Positions 1-8,476 of a stretch of 64,000 bases of DNA are shown here, in pieces. The stretch is taken from NCBI GenBank assembly GCA_031411095.1, contig JANOAK010000022.1, forward strand, positions 39,866 to 103,865. The letters are read 5' to 3'. The notes under the pieces are model-generated. The model had not been told where the DNA came from. It saw only the letters and a program-made list of their open reading frames with translations, and made no database searches. The stretch is from Flavobacteriales bacterium. Lineage in GTDB: Bacteria > Bacteroidota > Bacteroidia > Flavobacteriales_F > PHOS-HE28. The position numbers and the translations under genes were made by a program. The first letter of the stretch is position 1. Each line of letters begins with the position of its first letter.

Positions 1-221
1 GCGAGAAGTTGAACATGCAATTGGAATATTTCGAACGCATGCTGAACAGCGCGATCCGCGAGCGCAAGCGGCGCATGGTGGTGATCCACGGTGTGGGCGA
101 AGGCCGCCTGCGGGAGGAGGTGAGGAAGGTGCTCCAGTTCTATGAAGGATGCCGTTTCGACGATGCCGATCCGCGACGCTATGGTTCCGGCGCTACGGTG
201 ATCGACATCGTACACTATTGA
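1..221 (+). CDS. Smr-domain protein, C-terminal part (5' end lies outside window)
   Basis: ORF runs into the window edge. Translation ...MVVIHGVGEGRLREEVRKVLQ... matches the Smr small-MutS-related motif (IIHGKG-G-LR). Confidence 0.55.
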   Translation, partial: EKLNMQLEYFERMLNSAIRERKRRMVVIHGVGEGRLREEVRKVLQFYEGCRFDDADPRRYGSGATVIDIVHY

Positions 222-251
222 CCCTGCCCATGTGGACAGGGGTTCTTTGAC

Positions 252-695
252 ATCCTGCGCACTGCTCCATCGCTCTTCCTTTGCAGAAGGGAGGGAGGAA
301 AGTCCGGGCAGCATAGGGCACCGTGCTTCCTAACGGGAAGGGGTGGTACTGGCGACGGTACCATTAAGGAAAGTGCCACAGAGAGGGAAACTACCCCGGC
401 CGCAAGGCCGGGGAAAAGGTGAAAACGTGGAGCCCTCCTTCGCTGGAGGGCACAACTCGCTTCGGCGGGCCAAGTAAGAGCCCACGCTTGCCGGCAGTGA
501 TGTCGGCATTTCGGTAAACCCCACGGGCTGAAAGACCAAATAGGCCGGACCCCTGAGCCGCAAGGCGGAAGGGAAGGGTGGCCCGCTCCGTTCCGGCGGG
601 TAGGTCGATACAGGTGTCGCGCGAGCGGCATCGCAGATAAATGATGGAGGCTCGCCGCAAGGCGTTACAGAACCCGGCTTACAGGTGCGCAGGTA
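252..695 (+). ncRNA. rnpB: RNase P RNA (bacterial type A)
   Basis: Universal P4 elements GGAAAGUCCGGGC (~294) and ACAGAACCCGGCUUA (~668). Also AGGGCA, AAGUGCCACAGAGA and AAUAGG conserved blocks. P1 pairing CCUGCGCAC(254-262) with GUGCGCAGG(685-693). P3 hairpin CUCUUCC-uuugcag-GGAAGGG. Exact ends approximate. Confidence 0.85.
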
Positions 696-796
696 ATTAA
701 CGAGGGGTCTCGGCGTTATGGCCGGGGCCCTTCGCCATTTTTGGCATTCGGCCGTGGTACGGTCTTCGCCATGGCGGCATCTACTTTCGCGCACCC

Positions 797-1510
797 ATGA
801 GGAAACTCACCCTGACCGCCCTGCTGTTACTCGGCATGGCCGCCACCGCGCAGGAGACCGTTACCATCGGCGGTCAGGTGCTGGCCGGTGATGGAGAGCA
901 CGTCTTCTACGACCTGATGATCGTGAACCGCCGCACGCGAAGCGGGACCTTCGGGAACGTGGACGGTAGTTTCAGTGTGCAGGCCATGCGCAACGACACC
1001 CTGCTCATCGGTGCCGGTGGCTACGTCACGCGCACCGTGCCCCTGGCGGAATTCGATGAGAGTGAACTGCGTTCCCTGCGCATCACGTTGCGCCCGTGGG
1101 AGATCCAGCTGAAGCCCGTGGCCGTGCTACCAGAGCGCACGTTGAAGCAGATCCAGGCGGACATCGACAAGCTCGGTTACAGGGAGAGCGATTACCGCAC
1201 GGCCGGTGTGGACGCGTTCTCCAGCCCCATCACCTTCCTCTACCAGGAGTTCAGCCGCCGCGAACGCAGCAAGCGTGAGGTGGCCGAGCTGCGCAACGAG
1301 GACCGCAAGCGCGAGCTGCTGCGCGAACTGTTGCACAAGTATGCCGAGTACGACATCATCAACCTGGGCAACGAGAGCTTCGACGACTTCATCGACTTCT
1401 GCGCCGTGCCCGATGAAGTGATCAAGGGACTGTCGCAGTACGACTTCCTCATCTACATGAAGAAGAAGTACGAACTGTACACCAGCCTGGGGCCTACGCG
1501 CAGGCATTAA
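797..1510 (+). CDS. hypothetical secreted protein/lipoprotein (signal peptide MRKLTLTALLLLGMAATAQE)
   Basis: 237-aa ORF with typical codon usage and an N-terminal signal peptide. No recognisable family. Confidence 0.55.
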   Translation: MRKLTLTALLLLGMAATAQETVTIGGQVLAGDGEHVFYDLMIVNRRTRSGTFGNVDGSFSVQAMRNDTLLIGAGGYVTRTVPLAEFDESELRSLRITLRPWEIQLKPVAVLPERTLKQIQADIDKLGYRESDYRTAGVDAFSSPITFLYQEFSRRERSKREVAELRNEDRKRELLRELLHKYAEYDIINLGNESFDDFIDFCAVPDEVIKGLSQYDFLIYMKKKYELYTSLGPTRRH

Positions 1511-1785
1511 CGCGTTCGCGAAGCCGCCTCGGCTGAAGCGATCGTTGATCCCCCGTGTTCGCGAGGAGGCTTTTGCGACGAAGCGATCTTTGATCCCCCG
1601 ATCCGCGAAGCCGCCTCGGCTGAAGCGATCTTTGATCCCCCCCGTGTTCGCGAGCGGCGCCCTGGATCTGCGATCCACGTTGCCGCGAGGCGATCTTTGA
1701 TCCCCCGTGTTCGCGAGGAGGCTCTGCGACGAAGCGATCTTTGATCCCCCGTGTTCGCGAAGCCGCCTCGGCTGAAGCGATCTTT
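1501..1785. repeat. tandem array of six ~44-bp REP-like units (family A)
   Basis: Units all end in GATCTTTGATCCCCC. Two alternating variants: GTGTTCGCGAAGCCGCCTCGGCTGAAGCGATCTTTGATCCCCC and GTGTTCGCGAGGAGGCT(T/C)TGCGACGAAGCGATCTTTGATCCCCC. A seventh copy sits at 49531-49580. Confidence 0.8.
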
Positions 1786-1792
1786 GATCCCC

Positions 1793-2758
1793 ATGCCCCT
1801 GCTCCGCTCATTCCGTCGTTGGCTCCTGCCGATCGCTAACACCTTGTCGGTGTTCATGGCCAACGCCCAAACGGAGGAGGATACGATCATCAACGTCTAC
1901 CAGCTTGGGGAGGTCGTGGTGCATGGCCGCACACAAGGCCTCCAGCTGGAAGGTTTCATCACGCAGGTGATGGAGGACACCACGTTCTATCACGCCTTCC
2001 TCAATACCAAGTACCATCCGCACCACGTGAAGAGTGAGCTGGCGGTGCGCAACAAGCAGGACAAGGAAACGGCCTACCTGTACCGCGAAGGCCGGCTGGT
2101 GCGCAATGGTCCCATGGCCGAGCTGGTGCTGGACAGCGCGGGGGAGCTAGGAAGGCTGCGGAAGAGCAACGGGGAGATCCGCTTCCTGACGGCCGAGATG
2201 TACGATGATGTCTTCTTCCGCAAGGGGGCCTATCGCGCCAGCAACACCATCGCCTCACGCCAACAGGAGATCAGCCGTGAGAGCCGCCTGGACAAGTACA
2301 AGAGCGAACTGAAGAAGTTCATGTTCAACCCGGGGCAGGAGATCGCGAGCGTGCCCTTGATCGGCGACAAGCTGGCCTTGTTCAACCCCGAGATGGCACC
2401 GTTGTATCACTTCCAGGTGGAGGGCAGCTTCCGCGGTGGCCGCCCGTGCTGGCTGTTCAGCGCCTTAGCGCGCGACAGCGTGAACGGCAAAGCCGCCGAC
2501 GAGGACGATACGGTCATCAAGAAGATGAGCACCTGGTTCGACCAAAGCACCATGAACGTGATGGCGCGCGAATACCGCATCGCCCACAAAAGCATGTTAT
2601 TGGACTTCGACATCTCCATCCAAGTGGAGAACACGTTCAGTCCCGGAGACCTGGTCCCCACGCAAGTGCATTACGACGGGCAGTGGGACATCCCCTTCAA
2701 GCAGAAGGAGGTAGTGAAGTTCTACCTGAAGTACGAGGATTGGTCCCTCGCGCCCTGA
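1793..2758 (+). CDS. hypothetical secreted protein
   Basis: ORF 1751-2758 starts inside the repeat array. ATG at 1793 (MPLLRSFRRWLLPIANTLSVFMANAQ) gives a signal peptide. No family recognised. Confidence 0.5.
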   Translation: MPLLRSFRRWLLPIANTLSVFMANAQTEEDTIINVYQLGEVVVHGRTQGLQLEGFITQVMEDTTFYHAFLNTKYHPHHVKSELAVRNKQDKETAYLYREGRLVRNGPMAELVLDSAGELGRLRKSNGEIRFLTAEMYDDVFFRKGAYRASNTIASRQQEISRESRLDKYKSELKKFMFNPGQEIASVPLIGDKLALFNPEMAPLYHFQVEGSFRGGRPCWLFSALARDSVNGKAADEDDTVIKKMSTWFDQSTMNVMAREYRIAHKSMLLDFDISIQVENTFSPGDLVPTQVHYDGQWDIPFKQKEVVKFYLKYEDWSLAP

Positions 2759-3709
2759 TCAGTGCTTGCCCTGCGCCGCCAACCATCGCTCGGCATCCAG
2801 CGCGGCCATGCAACCCGTGCCAGCTGACGTGACCGCCTGGCGGTACACCTTGTCTGCCGCATCGCCGCTCACGAACACGCCGGGCACGTTGGTGTGCGTG
2901 CTGTCCGGCTTGTGCTTCAAGTAGCCCGTTTCGTCCATGTCCAGGATACCCTTGAACAGGTCGGTGGCCGGCTTGTGACCGATGGCAATGAACAGGCCCG
3001 TGATGTCCAGCTTCCGCTCCTCCTTGGTCACGTTGTTCACGGCGATGATCCCCTCCACCGCGTTGGCACCGAGCACATCCTTCACTTCGGTGTTGAAGAG
3101 CACTTCGATGTTGGGTGTGTTCTCCACACGATGCACCATGGCCTTGCTGGCGCGGAACTCGTCCTTGCGCACGAGCATGTACACCTTGGGGCAAAGCTTG
3201 GCGAGGTAGGTGGCCTCTTCGCACGCGGTATCGCCCGCACCCACGAGGGCCACGGTCTGACCCTTGAAGAAGAAGCCATCGCACACGGCACAGGCGGTAA
3301 CGCCACCACCGATATCGCGCAGGCGGATCTCGTTGGGCAGGCCCAGCCACTTCGCGCTGGCACCGGTGCTGATGATCACGGCGTCTGCGTGGATCTCGGT
3401 CTTTTCATCCACCCACACTTTGTGCACCGGGCCGTTGAAGTCCACCTTGGTCACCCAGCCGTTGCGCACGTCGGTATCGAAGCGGATGGCCTGGGCCTTC
3501 AGGTCCTCCATCATCTCGGGACCACTGCGGCCGTTGGGGTAGCCGGGGTAGTTGTCCACTTCGGTGGTCTGCGTGAGTTGTCCGCCGGGCAAGGGCCCTT
3601 CGATCATTACAGGCTTCAGGTCGGCGCGCGCAGCGTAGATAGCTGCAGAGTATCCTGCGGGACCCGATCCGATGATCAGGCATTTGACGTGTTCGGGAGT
3701 GGTGCTCAT
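2759..3709 (-). CDS. trxB: thioredoxin-disulfide reductase
   Basis: 316 aa. FAD motif IIGSGPAGYSAAIYAAR, redox-active CAVCDG, NADPH-binding GGGVTA. Confidence 0.95.
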   Translation of the reverse strand: MSTTPEHVKCLIIGSGPAGYSAAIYAARADLKPVMIEGPLPGGQLTQTTEVDNYPGYPNGRSGPEMMEDLKAQAIRFDTDVRNGWVTKVDFNGPVHKVWVDEKTEIHADAVIISTGASAKWLGLPNEIRLRDIGGGVTACAVCDGFFFKGQTVALVGAGDTACEEATYLAKLCPKVYMLVRKDEFRASKAMVHRVENTPNIEVLFNTEVKDVLGANAVEGIIAVNNVTKEERKLDITGLFIAIGHKPATDLFKGILDMDETGYLKHKPDSTHTNVPGVFVSGDAADKVYRQAVTSAGTGCMAALDAERWLAAQGKH

Positions 3710-3763
3710 GTGAAAAGGAGTGCGAAGGTATCGGAGTCGGCGGTTCGGGGTCGCGCACCGGGA

Positions 3764-4738
3764 TCACTCGCACACAAGCGTGTCGTAGTAGGCCGCCCAA
3801 CCCGCCCAGATCCCCAACCCGCCCGTGATGTTGCCTCGGGCATTGGCCGGGGTGCTGAAGAGATCGCCCGCACTGGCCACGTTGTTGTCGTAGGTGGTGT
3901 AAAAGTTCGCCTCCCGCTGGCCCATGCTCACCAGCTTCATGATCACGGAGTCGCCGCGCAGGAAGTACCCGGCCGTCTCATCATTGGAGTTATCCGTGAA
4001 CGGTGAACGACCGCGAACGGCAAAGAGGTCCACGGTGAGACCGTTGAGGTACTTGTCGTCGAAGGTGGTGCCCAGTGGCGAGATGAAGCGGGTGTCCTCG
4101 ATGAAGTCGGGATCGGCCGAGTAAATGCGACGTGCATAGTGGCGGTATCCGTTGCCCATGGTATCGGGATCGGAGAGCCGGCCCCAGATGTACCCACTAC
4201 TGTCATCGTCGGCATTCTGCTCGGCCAGTCGCCACCAGGTGGAATCCCAAGGGACCACGTTGGGGATCGTGGTCACGGCCGAGCATGATCTTCCATCCCC
4301 CTGGACATTCAGCGTGTACGTACGGCCACTCTCCCCGATCATGGAACCATCGAGGAGCGAATACACCGTGATGTTCTGGAGGAGCGCCGGGTCGATGCCG
4401 GTCAGTTCGGCGGCTTGGGCCAGTTGTTCCTGTGTAAGGCCGGTGAAGCCGATCTCCTGGAGCGTTACGGTGGATGTGCCGTCGTTCACGGTGATCTGCG
4501 CACCGTTCACGAAGATGCTGGCGATGGAGTTGAGGTCGGTGGGGGCGAAGTAGCTCTGCGTTCTGGTGAGGAGCACGATGGGAGGCAGGCCCTTCTCGAT
4601 GGTGCCCTCCACCACCAGTTTGGCCTCGGTCATGGGCAGGTCCACCACCACTTCCTTTTCACAGGAGATGAGCGTGATCGCGACGAGTGCGGAGAGGATG
4701 AGCTTGCGAAGAAGGCTCGTGGACGTGGGAGAGGGCAT
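3764..4738 (-). CDS. DUF4249-family lipoprotein (usual partner of TonB-dependent receptors)
   Basis: 324 aa with lipobox LISC. Located immediately downstream of a TonB-dependent receptor, as is typical for DUF4249. Confidence 0.65.
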   Translation of the reverse strand: MPSPTSTSLLRKLILSALVAITLISCEKEVVVDLPMTEAKLVVEGTIEKGLPPIVLLTRTQSYFAPTDLNSIASIFVNGAQITVNDGTSTVTLQEIGFTGLTQEQLAQAAELTGIDPALLQNITVYSLLDGSMIGESGRTYTLNVQGDGRSCSAVTTIPNVVPWDSTWWRLAEQNADDDSSGYIWGRLSDPDTMGNGYRHYARRIYSADPDFIEDTRFISPLGTTFDDKYLNGLTVDLFAVRGRSPFTDNSNDETAGYFLRGDSVIMKLVSMGQREANFYTTYDNNVASAGDLFSTPANARGNITGGLGIWAGWAAYYDTLVCE

Positions 4739-4743
4739 GGGGA

Positions 4744-7152
4744 TCAGAACTTGATGTTCCAGGTAATGGAGGGGAGGACGGAGAACAGCGACACCTGTTT
4801 GGCCACCACTTGCAGATCGCCCGTGGCCAGGTTGCCGGTGTTGTCGAAGTAGATGAAGTAGGGGTTGGCGCGGTTGTAGGCGTTGTAGATGCTGAAGGTC
4901 CAGCTGCTGCGGTACTTGCGTGGCACCTGGGTCACTTCGCCGGTGGTCTTGTTCACCACCTTCTTCATGTCCTTGTTGATCAGCGTGGCGGCCAGGTCCA
5001 GGCGGTGGTAAGGCGCCATGCGGTAGCCGTTGCGCTCGGTGAACTCGCTCACCAACCGCCCTTCGATCCAGTACCTGTTCACCGGTAGTGTAACGGCCTG
5101 CCCCGTCTGGTAGGTGAAGGTGGCGCCGAAGCTCCAGCGCTTGTTCAGCTCATAGGCGGCCACCACGCTCAGGTCGTGCCGGCGGTCCCAGCGGCTGGGG
5201 AATTCGCGGCCCTGGTTCAGGTCGGGGAACTTCCGCATGGTCTTGCTCCACGTGTAACCCACCCAGCCGTTCAAGCGACCTGTGCGCTTCTTCAGGAAAA
5301 GTTCGGCGCCATAGGAGTACCCATTGCCGAACACGAGGTTCGCGTCGTAGTTGGTGTTGCCGTTGTCCTGCGGCTGCGCGCCTTCCTTGTATTCGATGAG
5401 GTTCTGCATGTCCTTGTAGTACACCTCCACGCTGCCCTCGTAGGCGCGCTCCTTGAAATCGTGGAAATAACCCGCGGCGTATTGGATGCCGACCTGCGGC
5501 TTCACGTTCTTTCCGGTGGGCACCCACACATCCGTGGGCAGGGCGATGCTGCTGAAGCTCGCCAGGTGGACATATTGCAGATTGCGGTTCACGCTGGCCT
5601 TCAGGCTGCTCATTTCATCCAGCCGGTAGCGCATGGACAGGCGGGGTTCCAGGCCGGCATAGCTCTTCACGGCCTTGCCGCCGCCGTAGGTGATCAGTTC
5701 TCCGGTGGGTTCACCTTGGGCGTCCAGCACGTACTCCTTGAAGGGCCCCACCTGGGCGAACATCGTGAGGCGCAGGCCGCCGTTCAGCCGGATGCGATCG
5801 GAGACGTCGAATTCATCCAGGGCGTACACGGCCACCTCATGCGCCAGCAGCTTGCTGGGCTCGTCAATGTTGAACTGGGTGTCGCCGCTTTCCACCGATA
5901 CGGTGCTGGGCGTGTACTTGTGGAAGATGTACTGGCCGCCGTACTTCAAGCTGTGGCGCACACTGGGGTATTGGCTCAGGTCCACCTTCAGCCCGTAGTC
6001 TTTGATCCCGCTGAAGAGCTTGAAGGCGAAGTCGCTTTGCCCGCCGTTGAACTCGAATTGATAATCGCTGAAGGTGGCGGTGGTGTTCATGAAGAGCTTC
6101 GGCCCGAACACGTGGTTCCACCGGCCGGCCACGGTGGCATTGCCCCATGGGATGCGGAACTGGGGATCGCCAGGGTCGCTGGAGCCGAGGTCGAAGACGT
6201 CGCGTCCGAAGTAGCCGCTGAGGTACAGCCGGTCCTTGTCGCTGATCCTGTAATTGGCTTTGGCGTTCAGGTCGTAGAAGTAGTAGTTCGTTCCGCCGAA
6301 GTTCGCGTTGTTCTTCAGGAAGGGTTTGGTGATCACATCCACATAGGTGCGGCGGCCACTGACCACGAAGGAGCTGCGGTCCTTGATCAGCGGACCTTCG
6401 AGCGTGAGGCGCGAACTGATGAGGCCGATGCCGCCCTGCCCGTGCAGGCCCTGGTCGTTGCCCTCCTTCATGGTGATGTCCAGCACCGAGCTTGTCCGGC
6501 CACCGTAGTTCGCGGGCATGCCCCCCTTGATCAGCTCCAGGTTCTTCACGGCATCGGCGTTGAATACGCTGAAGAATCCAAAGAGGTGACTGGCGTTGTA
6601 CACGGTGGCCTCGTCCAGCAGGATCAGGTTCTGGTCGGGCCCGCCGCCGCGTACGTAGAAGCCGCTGTTGCCTTCGCCATTGCTCTTCACCCCCGGAAGG
6701 AACTGGATCACTTTCAGGATGTCCACCTCGCCCAGGAGCGCGGGCAGGGTGTTCAGCTTCTGTACATCCACATCGATCCGACCCATGTCGGTGCTCTCCG
6801 TGTTGCTTTTGCGTTTCTCCTTCACCACCTCCACGGCCTTGATCTGCACCACGGTGGGCTTCAGGTCCAGGTTCAACTTGGTGTCCGCCGTGAGTTGAAC
6901 CGTGCGCTCCGCGTCCTGGAAACCGATGTAGCGCGTCACGAACGTATACGTCCCACCCGGCAGGGTAACGGAGTAGAAGCCATACGTGTTGGTAGGGACG
7001 CCCTTGCCGATCTCGCGGATGAACACGCTGGCACCGATCAGGGCCTCGCCGCTGGACGAATCGGTGACATAGCCGCTGACCGTGAAGCGGTCCTGGGCGT
7101 AGGAGGTAGCGCCCAAGGTGATGGCGAAGAACACGATGAGGACGAAGCGCAT
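4744..7152 (-). CDS. TonB-dependent receptor with N-terminal carboxypeptidase-regulatory-like domain
   Basis: Signal peptide at MRFVLIVFFAITLGATSYAQ (ORF extends spuriously to 7278). CarbopepD_reg-like FTVSGYVTDSSSGEALIGASV. Plug and beta-barrel motifs. C-terminal ...WNIKF. Confidence 0.9.
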   Translation of the reverse strand: MRFVLIVFFAITLGATSYAQDRFTVSGYVTDSSSGEALIGASVFIREIGKGVPTNTYGFYSVTLPGGTYTFVTRYIGFQDAERTVQLTADTKLNLDLKPTVVQIKAVEVVKEKRKSNTESTDMGRIDVDVQKLNTLPALLGEVDILKVIQFLPGVKSNGEGNSGFYVRGGGPDQNLILLDEATVYNASHLFGFFSVFNADAVKNLELIKGGMPANYGGRTSSVLDITMKEGNDQGLHGQGGIGLISSRLTLEGPLIKDRSSFVVSGRRTYVDVITKPFLKNNANFGGTNYYFYDLNAKANYRISDKDRLYLSGYFGRDVFDLGSSDPGDPQFRIPWGNATVAGRWNHVFGPKLFMNTTATFSDYQFEFNGGQSDFAFKLFSGIKDYGLKVDLSQYPSVRHSLKYGGQYIFHKYTPSTVSVESGDTQFNIDEPSKLLAHEVAVYALDEFDVSDRIRLNGGLRLTMFAQVGPFKEYVLDAQGEPTGELITYGGGKAVKSYAGLEPRLSMRYRLDEMSSLKASVNRNLQYVHLASFSSIALPTDVWVPTGKNVKPQVGIQYAAGYFHDFKERAYEGSVEVYYKDMQNLIEYKEGAQPQDNGNTNYDANLVFGNGYSYGAELFLKKRTGRLNGWVGYTWSKTMRKFPDLNQGREFPSRWDRRHDLSVVAAYELNKRWSFGATFTYQTGQAVTLPVNRYWIEGRLVSEFTERNGYRMAPYHRLDLAATLINKDMKKVVNKTTGEVTQVPRKYRSSWTFSIYNAYNRANPYFIYFDNTGNLATGDLQVVAKQVSLFSVLPSITWNIKF

Positions 7153-7278
7153 GGGATGACGTTGGACGATGGCCAGGGTTCGGGCCGCGAAAGTACCTGC
7201 GCTGTTGCCAGGCGTCCGACCGTTGGTCCTCGAACAACGCCGCTGCTCAAGATGTTCGGACGGCCCCCGCTCACTCAA

Positions 7279-7386
7279 GCGGAATGCCTGACCATTCCTA
7301 TAGCACGAAATATACCCATAGGTAGGTATTTTTTTCAGGGGGGGTGGCCATCACCTTTGCTTGTGCTCCTCCAAGAAGAACTCATC
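7279..7386. promoter_or_regulatory. AT-rich divergent intergenic region between TonB receptor and response regulator
   Basis: GC content drops locally (ATATACCCATAGGTAGGTATTTTTTTCAGG) in an otherwise GC-rich window. Partial Bacteroidota -7-like TAnnTTT elements. Divergent promoters likely. Confidence 0.3.
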
Positions 7387-8055
7387 ATGCAAGACCACAC
7401 GGACGCCATACGGATCCTCTTGGTGGATGATCAGAGCATCATTCTGGATGGCTTGGAGGCCTTGATCGCGCAGAACGACCGTTTCGCGGTGTGCGGAAGG
7501 GCGACCAATGGCATGGAGGCGGTGACCTTGGCCAGGCAGACCAAGCCGGATGTGATCCTGATGGACATCAGCATGCCCGAGATGGACGGGATCGAGGCCA
7601 CCCGCGAGGTGAAGAAGCACCTGAAGAAGACCCATGTGCTGATGCTCACGATGTACAACAACGCCGATTTCGTGCGGGAATTGATGGATGCGGGGGCCTC
7701 CGGGTACCTGTTGAAGAACACCGGTCGTGCGGAGCTGTGGGAGGCCATACTCACGGTGATGAACGGGGAGCGGTACCTGGCAAGGCCCGTGCGGGACATG
7801 TTGAACGCCCGGAACGCACAGCTCGCCGAACAGGGGGTTGAGCCGGATTTCCACGCCCTCACAAAGCGGGAGAAGGAGATCGCCAAACTGTTGGTCGAAG
7901 GCCGCACCACGCAGGACATCGCCACCAAGCTGTTCCTCAGCGCCAGCACCGTGGAAACGCACCGCAAGAACATCCATCACAAGCTCGGCGTGCATTCCAC
8001 GGCCGGTATCGTCCGCTATGCCATCGAGCGTGGCTGGACGCAGCATATCATGTGA
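7387..8055 (+). CDS. two-component response regulator, NarL/FixJ (LuxR) family
   Basis: REC domain (ILLVDDQ...DVILMDISMPEMDG...) plus C-terminal LuxR HTH (LTKREKEIAKLLVEGRTTQDIATKLFLSASTVETHRKNIHHKLG). In frame inside a long spurious ORF 5176-8055. Confidence 0.9.
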   Translation: MQDHTDAIRILLVDDQSIILDGLEALIAQNDRFAVCGRATNGMEAVTLARQTKPDVILMDISMPEMDGIEATREVKKHLKKTHVLMLTMYNNADFVRELMDAGASGYLLKNTGRAELWEAILTVMNGERYLARPVRDMLNARNAQLAEQGVEPDFHALTKREKEIAKLLVEGRTTQDIATKLFLSASTVETHRKNIHHKLGVHSTAGIVRYAIERGWTQHIM

Positions 8056-8112
8056 CCACTGGTCGAACGGGACCATTTTCGATCAACACCAAACAACACC
8101 AAATCCACCACC

Positions 8113-8394
8113 ATGCGTATCACTGTTATCGAGCCCGGCTTAGCGGGTCTGAACTACCTCGCCATCGTGGAGACCGATGGCTTCATTGAACCCTTGAGCG
8201 AGGTGGCCTTCACCAGCGATCGGAAGTTGTATGACCTTGATTATGAGACAGGGACCGACCCGCGCCCCCGACAGGATGTATGGGATCTGGGCATCGTTTT
8301 CACGGGAAAGGGTTCCCGCACGGTTGTCGTGAGCGTGAAGGAGGAGGGGAAGGAGGTGGGGCATGAAGAACCACCGGTCAGGGACGGTCTGTGA
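8113..8394 (+). CDS. hypothetical small protein (93 aa)
   Basis: ORF only. Plausible composition. No family recognised. Confidence 0.3.
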   Translation: MRITVIEPGLAGLNYLAIVETDGFIEPLSEVAFTSDRKLYDLDYETGTDPRPRQDVWDLGIVFTGKGSRTVVVSVKEEGKEVGHEEPPVRDGL

Positions 8395-8476
8395 GCATGA
8401 CCGCACCGAGCGCCATGCCGATCAGCCCTTACCCGGCGTGGAATGACACGCGCGGGACCCGATCCAACTGACCTCC

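Noticed and set aside
2894-4006. 370-aa plus-strand ORF
   Set aside because: Antisense to trxB and the DUF4249 gene. Low-complexity composition.
5176-8055. 959-aa plus-strand ORF
   Set aside because: Its first ~730 codons are antisense to the TonB-dependent receptor and have a G/A/V/H-rich composition typical of GC-rich antisense frames. Only the last 223 codons (7387-8055) are the real LuxR response regulator.
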